DNA from: the human T2T-CHM13v2.0 reference genome, Homo sapiens
Assembly (NCBI RefSeq): GCF_009914755.1
Contig: NC_060927.1
Strand: one strand, 5' to 3'
Length of the DNA stretch: 64,000 nt
This document shows positions 14,391 through 27,310 of the stretch, piece after piece (within the stretch, counting starts at the first letter, position 1; each line of letters starts with the position of its first letter). Both the position numbers and the translations under genes were made by a program. Under the pieces are notes generated by a model. The model was given only the letters and a program-made list of their open reading frames with translations, was not told the origin of the DNA and did not search any database.

Positions 14391-17300
14391 TATGATCACA
14401 TAATGATAGGCTTAGGGTTGAATGATAGACAGTTTCCAGTCATTATTCAATATGTCTATATGTTCTTCAGGCAGGCCTTCCTCTTTCAAAGTTGTTATTT
14501 GCCTGGTCCCTGTTGGCATGTACCTATTTTACCCCAATCTCACTGAAACAAGTGGCCCCTTTAAATGGCATCAGCAGCAGCGACCAGGGATTCTCCTATT
14601 TGTGGTCTTTCATCTTAGCATTAGCTGATTGGACATTTCTAACCCCATAAAAAGTGGAAGAAAATCTTTCCCATTTAGAAAAAGTATTAATACTTCCTCA
14701 GGGTAACCTCCTTCAGCACTATCAGCAGTTACAATGAGATTGAATACTAATTAACCTTTAAATATAGGCTTTGGGGCTCAGGCAGGGAACTGCAAAAGAA
14801 AGAATAAAATCCTCAATTAAACCCTAAGACGAGTAATTTCTCTTGAGAATTTCTGAACTTTTGGATTTCCAACATGGCCAATTAAGAGTTCTTTTTACCT
14901 GATGGGATAAAAACAAAGACAAGATCACTCTTCAGACAAGTTGGCATCAGTCTATAAGGCAGGATTTGGTCTTTCAAAGGACATTCTTTTACAAGATTCT
15001 TTAACTTTATTCTGAATCCTTAAAAACATGTTTGGATTGCCTTTAACAAGTGGTTTCACATGGCTCCTTAATATTCCTCCTTGGCTGTCTCTCTATCTGC
15101 TTATATTTATGATTATATATGTTAAAAAATACTTTTTCTGACTTCATGTAAAAAGATCCACCATATTCTTCCTTTTTATGTCCTCGATGTCATTATATAT
15201 TTAGAGTATTTATTTGTGATTTTTGAAGGACAATAAAAAAATAGGAATAGGCAAGCATATTTTATTCTGAACCATTTTAAAGAATAATGTGAAATATTGC
15301 CTAGCTGAATATTAAAATTAAAAGGTAGGAAAAAAATAGGCCAAAAATAAAGATGTCATCTAAAAAGACAAATTTGTCATTACAACCCACATTATTCCAT
15401 ATCCCATTTACTGCAGTGGCACAATCTATTTCTTACTCAGATAACATGAATAACAAGGGGTTGTTTCTTCTTAAAACAGAGTCTGATATTTCTTAGAATG
15501 AAACGAGCTTCTCTTGTGTTTTCTAGGTCTCAATTTCTAGTGGTCATAAACTTTTAGTTTAAGTGAAATTTTATATTGGTTAGAAATCTTAATTTTAGAA
15601 AATTTTTAAAGTTATAAGGAAAGTATCTGCTCTATTTGGCTACAAACCAAAAATCATCAAACAATACCAAACATGTTAAATTTCTTCATTTATCAAACCT
15701 AAAACTAATAAATCAGCCCAAATCACACATCTCCTAGTCTCAGTAACAGATTTTGTTAAAATTGCAACATATAAATGCCAGGATGACATCCCAGGACGTA
15801 TAATAAAACAAGAATCACTATGCAAACAGTGAAACTTCTTTATCAACATTTTACATGTTATCAATATATTTAAATACAGACTCCATGGCATTACAATAGG
15901 CACCTGTTATTTAAAGACATAATTACTACACAAGGTTATTTTTGGATATCTAAGCTCAAGACCTTTGGCTATTTGATAAAACTATACAAACATAATTAAT
16001 CTATTCATTTAGAAATACATTCCTATATGACTAAATCTTGTATCTTGACAACTTTTCAGGTGAACACATTTATCACCAAATTATTCGTAAGATAAACACC
16101 AGGAAATACAACTTTACTGACAACAGAAAAACAGCCCACACATGAGTCATTCACATGGCTGCTTTATCATATTTACAGCTATGTCTATGAGAATAATCTT
16201 TCATTTCAGGGAGAAACAAACAGATGCATTTAAAAGGTGTTAGAATGCCTTACAAAAATGCTGGAAAAAAATATTGTTAAGCTGATCTGTTCAACTTTCC
16301 CCATAAGAAGAAAATATTTCCAGATGTTGCATATGCTTATGTCTGATTAATGGAACTAGTTCATGAAATAGTTTCTTCCTTTTATAAATGATTTTATTAA
16401 ATAACTTTCTTATTTCTATAGAAAGAGGTAGAGGCAGAGAAAAACTTTTTCTCATCTTTGCCAACTCTAATCAGTAACCTGGAATTATAATGCTTATTTT
16501 GTTGAAGTACACAATAGGGCCCCAATAAATATGTTGTTAAATATTGTTGAAAGAGACTGATCTTGATTACTTCCAGATGCAAAAATACAAAACCTACCTT
16601 CTACCCCAATCTTGACCCAGTTTACCAATGACTATTGGCTTCAATTATTTATATAGTTTAAGAGAACAATAGAGGCTCAATAAGATCTAAATTACAACTC
16701 TAAACATTTAAAATTTTATTAATACTGGCTGAAGTTTGCTTGTTCTGCAGATTATAGAAAAGGTTTTGTCAAGCAAACTAATAGTGTGAATAGGGTTTTC
16801 ATAGTAGATGTTCACATTGCATGAAAGAGCGTGTTGTTTTAAAGGTGTCTTGAATACTTTCTTTCAACCACTTATAAGAATGCAGCATGTAATTTATAAA
16901 TAATTCATCTCTTCATGAAAGTGGGTCTCCCAAGCACTCCTAAGAGTAAAAATGATTAATCCTGGGTTATTTAATAATACAAATACCCATCTGATCCAAA
17001 TAATCCATCATCATCCCCAAAATATCAATATTTTTTTCTTAAGGTGGTGGGAGTATGGATTTTTTTTTCTTTTTTCCTTATACTTTTGCATGATATTTGA
17101 AAGTTTTCAGTGAAGAGCAATTGTTTATATAATCTTAAAAATATAGACTTTAACTTGATATACATCTAACAAATGAAATATGTTTTCTCTTCAAAAATCA
17201 TTAAAATGACTTTGGTAAGAATACATTTTATTCTTCCTTACTTATTGAACCTCCAAGCACATATCCAGTAAAATGGTAAACGGACAAAAGGTGGCACACA

Positions 17301-17658
17301 GAAGTATTTGTTTAACTATGATTTCAAATTAACTTTAAAACACAATTTCATCCCCACAATGAATGTGTTCTTGACAAGTACATGTAAATCCAAGTTTATA
17401 AATTAAGCTGCACTATACATCAATGAAAAGACATTATTTACTTTAGGGATTCTGCCATGGTCAATAATTAATCAAGTATATGCTACATATAGATTTAAAT
17501 CTTCATATATTAAATCTGTTGAATATATCATACAACTATAGCTTCACGTATTTTTTTCTTACTGATGGCATAAATATATTGAAGCAAAAAAAAATTCACA
17601 ATCACCACATAAGTGTGTTTAGTTTTTTTTATTTGAATTTTCAAACTTTTCACTGTAC

Positions 17659-17785
17659 CTGTAATGAGGTGATGGATTGCCTCTTGCTTCACAATGCAAA
17701 GTTATTTTTTTATCTTCTGAACCAACAGGGAAAATGCTGTTGCTGGGTTCTTTGATAAATACAGGGCCTTGTAAGAGAAGCTCAC
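17659..17785 (-). CDS. CNTN3: CNTN3 exon 3 (127 nt): GELLLQGPVFIKEPSNSIFPVGSEDKKITLHCEARGNPSPHYR, N-half of Ig domain 1
   Basis: Acceptor catatag|GTGAGC, donor TACAG|gtacag. Contains the Ig B-strand Cys50 motif (ITLHCEARGNP). In frame with both flanking exons. Confidence 0.97.
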
Positions 17786-18789
17786 CTATATGGGTGGGAG
17801 ACATCCAAAAAATAATAATCAGTAAAAGGCATTGTAAAAAGTTACATTCCAGTATTGAAGAAAACAAGGAACTAAAAATTCTAGTACTGCTCCATTTGCA
17901 TACAAAGCAAAATGCTCTGTAGACATTGTTTTGTTAAAGGAAATCAATTAACCCACTCAACAGCATAGTACCACCTCTATGAGAACTAACGTTGGTATGA
18001 AAAATATTGCCATATTAAGATCATTTCATACCGCAGCAATTACTTTTTATTACAACAAACTACATCTAAGTGTAGATTGGTGAATAAACTATTACACCAA
18101 GTCTTTCTTGTCGTAGCCTTTTTGCCAAACTAAAGCTGAATTCAAAATGAATTCAACACCTGAGTATTTTCATAAAATCGGCTTGGCATGCAAACCTTAA
18201 GCTTGATAATGTTATTTTTCTAGTTGGAATAAAAACACTCAATATTTTGGTGGGATGTCCATTTTATTACTAGCAAATTGAAGAGAAAGATACAGCACTG
18301 AACAGGCGTCTTTTTAAAGATGTTTCTACTTTGGCTAAGAGAACTTGAACATGCTCTGAGGAGAATTTCCACATAGAGAAAAAAAAACAAATCTCTCTAT
18401 TGTACTACGTGTTTAAAAAAGAACAAGATAATGCCACCACCAAATGCTTATGGGACTGCAGTTGTATAATCATTGCCATAGCATTTCTGAAAACAAACAA
18501 ATTCGCCCAAAAAAAAAAAAAAAGCTCTTTACTTTCCTATTTTGCTTGGAATGCTCAGCAAAATTACAGAGGAGTTTCTATTAACTCAGAGAATGAATAA
18601 ACAGACTAAGAGACAAAGAATCCGTGAAAAGTCAGACAAAGAAAACGAGATCAAGAAGCAGCAAAAAAGGCCCTAAAACAATGAACTGGCATTTTGGCTA
18701 CTTCGAATAGCAGTTTACATTAATAAAAATATTTATCATAAGTGTAACAACAATAAAGTAACAATATGATTAAAATAATCATTGAAATG

Positions 18790-19000
18790 ATAAAAATAGC
18801 AGCTGCTAAAGCTGAAATTCTAAAGTAAATTCTGCGTGCCCAAATGTGTTCATTAATCCTCAGAATATTCTGTGAGGTAAATGCCATAATTATTCCCAAC
18901 AGAAGACAAATGCTGTGCCTAAGAGTGGTTAGGTGGCATGAGCAAGTTCACACAGCATTGCAGAATGTAAAACACATATTCTAGAATAATGGATTCCACA
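18790..19000. mobile_element. MIR
   Basis: taatcctcagaatattctgtgaggta...gtggttaggtggcatgagcaagttcacacagc, MIR core. Confidence 0.6.
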
Positions 19001-19030
19001 GTCCGTGCAGGGATACTCTCTCACTCTTTA

Positions 19031-19637
19031 TGTAAGGAATTTGGCCTTACCCTAGGTCTGATCTTTGCCCTCAGCTTCCAGGAGGAAATCTGTGCCATAG
19101 CTGATTGAAATGTCTGTTTAGGATGGGGACTGGCCACACTAGATCTTAGGGTGGGGCCAGCCACACCCAATAGTCTTGCCTTGGAAACTGGCCACATCAG
19201 ACAGACTAACCATGTGATTAAGGGTGAGAAATTTGGGTCACGTGGTATCAAATGACGTGGAGACTGAGCTCAACCACATGTGCAACCAGTCAGTCACACC
19301 TACATAATAAGGTCTCAATAAATAACTCTAGACACGGAGGCTCAACGAGTTCCTGGTTGGCTATCATACTCCTTGAGTATTGTCACACATCGATACCGGA
19401 AGGGTCAGATGTCCTGTGGTCAATAAAAGCTGTGCGTTTGAAACCTTCCAGACTCTGCCCCATGTGTGTCTTCCTCTAGCTGATTTTAGTATGGATCCTT
19501 TCCCTGTAAATAACATAACTGTGAGTATAACAGTTTTCAGCAACGTTTGTAAGTCCTTTTAGCAAATTATCAAAAATGAGGATAGTTTAGAAACTTCTTA
19601 AACTCAAAGACTGTTAGAAGTAAGGGCAAGCTCACAG
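19031..19637 (+). mobile_element. Solo LTR, MER21/MER68/MER76 group (ERVL)
   Basis: TGTAAGGAATTTGGCCTT start; gactaaccatgtgatta, gagactgagctcaaccac and gtattgtcacacatcgat motifs; AATAAA. Confidence 0.75.
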
Positions 19638-20489
19638 CTCAGCTGACTCGGGGCAACTTTGCACCACGACATCACCACACAATTAGCCCTTACTAATCCC
19701 CACCATCCTTTAAGAAAGCAGCTTGCTATCCCCCTTAGTCTCTGATCTTTACCTGATCATTACTTTCATCTATCAGGGGAAATTGCCAAAGGAAAAAAAA
19801 AAAAGCTTCCGTTTCCCTTTTTAGGAAAGAGCAACTTCCAGAAGAAATGGATTTTAAAATTGCTACTAACACTCCTAATTTAAAAGAGGCAATATTGCTA
19901 TTTTCTTCATTTTTGCCCCTCAACCAATTCACTGAATAGAAATAATAAGTAAAAACAAAAATGCCATTCTGTTCTATTAATTGAATTTATTGTCCTAGAA
20001 AGTCGAAAATATTTGTGATGTCTTTTTACAAATATTTGTAAATATAGTGAACATTTCCTAACATTTTTCTAGTGTAATAGCTTCTGATTTACTTCTGATA
20101 ACATATATTTCATTATTTATGAGATGGGATAGCATCATTTTTTTCTGACAAATTCTGATGTAGGTACAGCTTGAAAGCAATAATGCATTAACATAATGGT
20201 ATAAATTTGGAAATAACAGGAAAGTTGGGGAGATAAACCAAAAGAAGAGAGGTTAGTAGAGATAAGAAAGCAGTGGTTTAAACGAAAAAGGCAAAGAGAG
20301 GTGTTCAAAAAATTTCCTCCAAGTGGTCACAATAAAAACTCAAATGCCCATCCTATCATTATCTAATAAAAGTCATGTCCCAAACGATGCTACATGGCTT
20401 CTCCAGAGGTCACTATTAATTTTAAATAAAAATGTTAAACTACTAGGAGCATTTTCTTCTGAGATCCTTTTGAGAGAAGGATAATAACT

Positions 20490-21060
20490 ACTAATTTGCT
20501 AACATTTATTGAACCAGGCACCATGAACTATGTGCCAGGCACACTAAGCAGCTATTTACATCCTTTGCTTCTCCTATTTCAATCTCCCCTGACCCCAGCT
20601 CCTGATCTCTGAGGTCCAGCCACACTGCTCTTGTTCCTGCTTCTCAGACACGCTGAGCTTCGTGTCACTTCTGGGCTGACACATTTGTTCTCCTTGTGTT
20701 CTGGTTTCTTTTTGTCATTCAGAATTTAGCATAAATGTCACCTTCTCAGCTTAAATGTGACCATCCGCATTCTCCCTCATCCAAAGTCATTATACACCCT
20801 TCATTTCCACCAGTCACAGATATCAAAGCACATCTCACAACCTTACGAGATCTTTCTACATAAACACTACGCATGTTTATGCATGTGTTTGTTATTTATT
20901 TGTATCGAATTCATTGCTGTATACTCAGCTCTTAGAACACAGTAGATATTCAATATCTGTCTGTAGAATGAATAAGATGAATGAAACAATCCTCATAATA
21001 ACTCTATATGAGGCAGATACTATTTTACAGCTAGTGATTGATAAAGCTAAGATTTTAATT
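20490..21060. mobile_element. L2 3' fragments plus MIR
   Basis: ctatgtgccaggcac; ccagccacactg...aaatgtcaccttctcag...acacagtagatattcaata...gaatgaat. Confidence 0.6.
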
Positions 21061-22850
21061 TCAGAGCTCATCTTCTCACCTTGCACGTGGTTTGGCCTCC
21101 CCAGAAGTGAGGCCTAGAAAGGTTAAATGACCTGACCATAGTAACAGAGTTTCTTGGTGAAAGACCTGATATCAACCCTAGTCCTCATATTCTTGGTTTG
21201 TTTCCCTTTCCATGAAGCCACACTGTTCTCAATATGGTCAGAGGTGAAAATTAACCAACAGCCTGCTTTTTCAACTTCAGTATTTCCTGATGGCGCTGGA
21301 GTTAATGGCGTATGAGGCACATATCTGCCATCTCTGAAATTTAAGGCTCCTAAAGGCTTTCAGGCCATCAGCAGCCATTTGGGAGCCTCCGACGCCTCTT
21401 AAAAAGTAAGTACAAAATAATAATCAAACGTGACAGGTCAGTGCATGCTTCATACTCAGAAAAGAGACAAGGCCTCTCAATCTTGCTTCACGGGAATGAA
21501 ATAGGTGATGAGAGATGCTGGGTTTCATGTTCTAGTCTCTTGCCAGCAATATAAACTTAAAAGGAAGAGATTCTGAAGTCTCTGCTAATCTAAAAGAAAT
21601 TATCCAACATTTTCTTCAAAATGAATTTTGATCCTCAAAAAGACAGAGCCTTGACTATTCACACAGCTATTCATAACCAGTAAAAAGCACCCTGTCTGAA
21701 AACAGAAGGGGGCCTTTTGCCTAACTAATGGATTCAACGTAACATTCGGATTGATGCTAAACTTTACTTTTTGTGACAGGGGCATTTTTTTGACATGCTA
21801 GCCTGGTTCCAAAGCTCCATTTTAAATGTACATCCTAAAATAAGGGGCATATCAGACTTCCGAACAGGACTAATAAGTCCAAAAATCCAATCCTAAGGTG
21901 TTATTTTTCCCCCCTAACACCTACAGGCAACAAGGAATAACTGCCTTTGAATGTAAGTACAAGCTTTATGAGCTCCTAAGGTAATGTCATGTAAAAGATC
22001 AAACCGCAGACGATCAATTCTAATGGTCATACTCTATACAATTTTTATGAAGACTGACAAAGAAAACATAGACAAGGGATTCTGGGCAAGCTGCATCACA
22101 CTACTAAAAGAAATGAGATTCCTAAAAGACAATGATGGTATCTGAAATTCCTAGGGAACAGGAAAGCACATACTGTTTTTCCTTACTGATTTATGTCATA
22201 TCTACATGGAAAACAAAAACTAGCAGTGCATTTCAAAACACAGGGTAAATCACAACAGGGTGTAAGGGTAGGCAATGCAATTAAAGACAGAATGTAAGAG
22301 GACATAAATTTAGAAAGGAATATTCCGTGCACTTACAAGGCATCAATCCCAAACAGAATGAGCTCTAGCCTGGGTCAAAGAAAGTAAAATCATATGCCGC
22401 CAATGAAATAAGATCTATATTCTAGGTCCCACTATTCTTTAGGAAAAAACTTTTAAAAGATGGAAACTTTTTTTAGAAATGAGATATCTTCTATTTTGGC
22501 AATGGTAGTTTAAAGCTGGAAAATGCCAAAGAAACAAGACCAAAATAAAATTCCATTTATATGCTTCCAATGTCAGAGGAAGACAAAGTATTCGATCTTA
22601 GAATATTTCATTTCTTTAACAAATATCTGAATGCCAGACATGTGCCACATGTGAAAAACTGGCTGTGGCAGATGCTGCTGGTAGTCCACTCAATAGCTAT
22701 CACCGGCCCTTCTTTCCAGCCCTTAGAGTCAGCCTTTCACTGTGGAGACTGAAAGCTCCAGAGATACTTTCCACAACTCTGTCATTCTCGGCTGGGAAGA
22801 AGGGTAGCCAGGGGAGATTGGCTTATGAGACCACTAAAAGCCCAAGAGGG

Positions 22851-23274
22851 TGTATTCATTTTCTAGGGTTGCTATAACAAAGTACCACAGACTGGGTGGC
22901 TTCCAAAACAGAATTTTTTGTCTCACAGTTCAGGGGGCTGAAAGTCTGTATCAAGGTGTTAGCAGGGTTGATTTCTTCTGAGGGTTGTGAGAGAAGGATC
23001 TGTTCCAGACCTCTCTGCTTGGCTTGTAGATGGCTATCTTCTCCCTGTATCTCTCTTCATATCATCTTCCCTTTATGTGTGTCTCTGTGTCCAAATTTCC
23101 CCTTTTTTCATATGGGCACCAGTCATAATGGATGAGGGCCCACACTAATGACCTCATCTTAACTAATGACATTAGCAATGACCCTATTTTCAAATAATAG
23201 GGTACTGGAGTTCAAGACTCCAACATATGAATTGGGGATGAGGGTGGGGTAGCAGCACGATTCAACCTTTAACA
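22851..23274 (-). mobile_element. MLT1C-like MaLR solo LTR
   Basis: tgtatt...gctataacaaagtaccacagactgggtggctt...gggcccacactaatgacctcatcttaact...taaca. Confidence 0.85.
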
Positions 23275-23446
23275 ATGGGTTAACCTGCTAAGAACTTCTA
23301 GATAAAAGTCTCTACTCTGATTTTGTTTTGAAGTAAATAAAATGCTGACCTTGCTTTGCTTCCTTTTTGATATGGAAATTTTCATATGAGGAAAGAATGC
23401 TGGGAACTACTGCGACCAAGTGGACACCATGAGGGAGAACACTATA

Positions 23447-23533
23447 CGTGTGTGTGTGTGTGTGTGTATAAAATATATATTTATATATGTGCATAAATAC
23501 ACACACACACACACACACACCACACACACACAC
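23447..23533. repeat. (TG)n - AT spacer - (CA)n compound microsatellite
   Basis: Read directly. Confidence 0.9.
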
Positions 23534-25136
23534 AGTATGTTACAGAAAAGGCAACCCAGAGCTCTCACATCTTTGAGTTCCTGAACCAACATGAACCACA
23601 TAATTCCAAACATCATGTGTTGGAAAAATAAACCTCTAATGCATTTTGTCACCTGCAGCTAAAAGCTATACTGTAACCAATGCTCTAGAAAAAAAGAAAA
23701 AGGTAATATAATACACTTCAGATCAGAAAGGAAAATAAAATACTTATTAGGAATAACTAATGTGTCTGTTTTCCACATCTGGAAATGTTAGCAAGCAATT
23801 AAGTTAAAAGAAAAAGTGCTAGAGTATAGCATGCAGCTGGAGTATGATAGCAAAATAACACCAATAAAAGTGATGAAAACCCTTTAAATTGAGAAATTAA
23901 TAGTTCACTACATGATTTTTCTCATTGCATGGGAAGTGGCATTCAATAGTTAGGGAATTGGAACTGAGAGGGACTGGTTAAGCTTCACAGGACCTAGAAA
24001 TAAATGTTCAAGTAAAATAATACTGCTCGCAGGAATGGCAGAGCCCTTTCAAAGCATGGAGATTTTACCAGGAATTGCATTCATCCTCTAATTGCAACCT
24101 GCCTAAGGAAACACAAAAATGTCCACACATATAAAAATATATGTACAAAATGGTTTGTGTTTAAGGTTAAGTATCTTGATTTTGGCACTTTGCTTTCATA
24201 AATTAATCGCAGAGTTTGATTTAAAGGTATGATCTATTTCACTGGACTGATTAACATTAGTCTGTACTATAATTCCATAAAAGAAGAGGACTTGAGAGTA
24301 CTTCTAAAAGTGCCCAGTGTTTTATGTTGATACTGTTTAACTCCAATGGCTATATTTTTGCTTGTTGAAATGTTCTTTATAGTTGAATGAAAGGGTTAAT
24401 TTATAGTTATAGCGCAGGACATAATGTTTTTGGCAGAAAAACAGGGTGGGAGGAGATGGGTTGGAGTCTTGGGAGATTAAAATGTTTTCAAAGTACTTCA
24501 TAGCTTTCTGTATTTAAATTCATGCTATTTTCTTTTTATGAATGTGAGCTTTAATGTTTTTGAACCTCCATGACATCCTTCTATAATTCTCAGAACATAA
24601 TTATACCTTTCTTGCTAGACAGCTTAATAGCAACCCCACATGATTAAAAAAAAAAGTTAGAATGCCATTGTTGGATGCAATATGCAATGTGTACAATACA
24701 CCAGGAGAACACAGTCAATGGTCCATTTATCTGAAAAAAAAAAAAAACAACAACACTTACATTCCCTCTTTCTATTATACTTATTGTACATTTTTGAAAT
24801 GTGCAAATTCACAAGGTTCTCACTCACCACATGAAAAGAGTGCATTAATCAACTCTTTTTAAAATATTTCTTTAACACATTACTTTCAAAGGTTTTAATA
24901 GAGATGATTTCATTTCTATTATGGAACCCATTATTTCTAACAGTTTCTATTCTTTAACAAAGGGTTCAGGTCAAGGCCAGTTAGGACCAGACACAATTCC
25001 CTTTATGTATCTTAGAAAGAATGTTTCATATCAAACTCTAGTTCAAGGTCACTGTTTCTATGAGCAAATAATTATCCAATGAAGAATTCCTTTTGTAAAT
25101 TAGTTGTAATGGAGAAGCTATTAAGAACTAATACTA

Positions 25137-25436
25137 GGCCTGGTGTGCTGGCTCACATCTATAATCACAGCACTTTGGGAGGCCAAGGCAGGAGGATCAC
25201 AGGAAGCCAAGAGTTCAAGACAAGCCTGGGAAACATAGCAAGACTCCATCTCTATAAATAAATAACAATTAGTGGGGCGCAGTAGTGCATGCCTATAGTC
25301 CCAGTTACTCAAGAGGCTGAGACGGGAGGATCACTTGGGCCCAGGAGTTTGCAACTGCAGTGAGCCATGAACACACCACTGCACTCCAGCCTGGGCAACA
25401 GAGTGAGACCCCATCTCTAAGAAAAAAAAAAAAAAA
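25137..25436 (+). mobile_element. AluJ
   Basis: Full dimer with poly(A) tail; TSD aagaactaatac(t/g)a on both sides. Confidence 0.93.
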
Positions 25437-25600
25437 GAACTAATACGACTTAGTGATTGTATTTTGTAGTATTTTACAGCTGTAATCTCATAAAGTAGAA
25501 AAGAGCATACTCTATTACTGCCCCCACCATAGTAAGCAGAAGCCAGCACTGTGTTTGTAAATGTCTGAGTGTATAAACACCATCTACTTCTCCCTCCCTG

Positions 25601-25931
25601 TTTCTTTTTCTTTTCTTTCTTTCTTTCTTTTTTTTTTTTTTTTTTTTTTAAGAAAGAGTCTTGTTCTGTCACGCAGGCTGCAGTGCAGTGGCCCAATCTT
25701 GACTCACTGCAACCTCTGCCTCCCGGCTTCTAGCAATTCTTCTGCCTCAGCCTCCTGAGTAGCTGGGATTATAGGTGCCAGCTGCCACACCCGGCTAACT
25801 TTCTGTATTTTAGTAGAGACTGGGTTTCCCTGTGTTGCCCAGGCTGGTCTCAAACTCCTGAGCTCAGGCAATCCATTCGCCTCGGCCTCCCAAAGTGCTA
25901 GGATTATAGGCATGAGCCACCGCGCCTGGCC
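25601..25931 (-). mobile_element. AluS
   Basis: Full dimer with (TTTC)n/T tail; TSD tccctgtttctttt at 25595 and 25932. Confidence 0.93.
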
Positions 25932-26050
25932 TCCCTGTTTCTTTTCTTAAGTGAGGATCCTGATTTTATACTTCCAGACTACTGAGAGGGATTGAGTTGG
26001 GTTGTGGGGTAAGATATAAAGGTCTAAGGAAGCAGAACAGAAAGGATAAC

Positions 26051-26401
26051 TGATATGAGTAGGCTTTGTGTCTCCACCCAAATCTCATCTTGAATTGTAA
26101 TCCCCATAATCCCCATGTGTTGAGGTAACTGAATTATGCGGACAGTTTCCCCATGCTGTTCTAGTGATAGTGAGTGAGTTCTCATGAGATCTGAAGGTTT
26201 TATAAGAGACTCTTCTCCCTTTGCTCGGCTCTTCTCCTTCCTGACACCGTGTGAAGAAATGCCTTGCTGCTTCTTTGCCTTCTGCCATGATTGTAAGTTT
26301 CCTGAGGCCTCCTCAGCCATGTGATTCAATTAGGCCTCTTTTCTTTATAAATTACCAGTCTCTGGCAGTTCTTAATAGCAGTATGAAAATGGACTATTAC
26401 A
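26051..26401 (+). mobile_element. THE1D-like MaLR solo LTR
   Basis: TGATATG...cccaaatctcatcttgaattgtaa...ccatgattgtaagtttcctgaggcc...ggactattACA; 5-bp TSD ataac/acaac. Confidence 0.9.
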
Positions 26402-27310
26402 ACAACTTTCCCCAAAATGCATCTGGAACTATGGGGTGCGGAGATTGGGGTATGTCTTAGAGTTGCCTAGGCTTACATTTGTTAAACTTATTTTTAATTG
26501 ATTCACAATTAAAAATGTAATTATCATCATGATTAATTGTAGACACAGTAAGCATACAACTGATAAACATACAACTGATAAAGTAAACATACAACTGATA
26601 AAAAGATTTCTTCAAATAATATTAATCCTTACTGCATGCTGGACTGTTAACTTTTTTCCTTTATATTCTATTCTACTCTATTCTATTCCATCTGATGTGC
26701 TTTATCCTACTTTTAAAAATGCTAGACATAAACTACTACTATGTTCATATCATCACAACATCAATGGGTTCTTATCCCCAATTTGATAAGCTTTGGTCTA
26801 GAAACCTTCTCTCCTGCCACCAGTGCCCCAGATTATTTTAGGAGGGAATGGGTGACAACTGCAAGATATTTCTTTCATTTCCTTTTCTTAGGAATGAAAC
26901 CAACCTTGGCAATGTAAGAAAAAGTATAAGCATCTTAAAAATTGAAAGAGTATCACTGGGCCCAAGATACAGTAAAGACAAGAGAGCCCTCCTCAAATCT
27001 ACTGAACTGCTACCTCTGTAGCCTCAGGGAGAAGAGAAATACTGTGTATTGCCAAAAATGTTGGCAAACAAAAACATATTTTATTTTGTTTTCAGAAGCA
27101 TTGTTTCTTAGAGCTATACAGTATGGAACAAAATCCCTCTTCATTATATATTCTTAGTTAATAAACACATGCACATTCTAAAATGTCAACCTGTGGAGGG
27201 AAAATAAACATGGGATGCTAGGCCCAGTATTACACACTTTGCATTTGCTACATCACCTAATTCTAAGTGACTATTAAGCACTCTGAATAAAAAAGTGGTG
27301 CTCCTTTCCT

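Noticed and set aside
14712-14730. REST/RE1-like TTCAGCAC
   Set aside because: Left half-site only; the GGACAG half is absent.
17619-17867. Full ORF-track extents around exons 3 and 4 (also 4412-4648)
   Set aside because: Residues outside the AG/GT boundaries are intron read-through.
20025-20042. 18-bp palindrome tttacaaatatttgtaaa (and a 9-bp stem at 38808-38830)
   Set aside because: Low-complexity AT-rich sequence with no supporting context.
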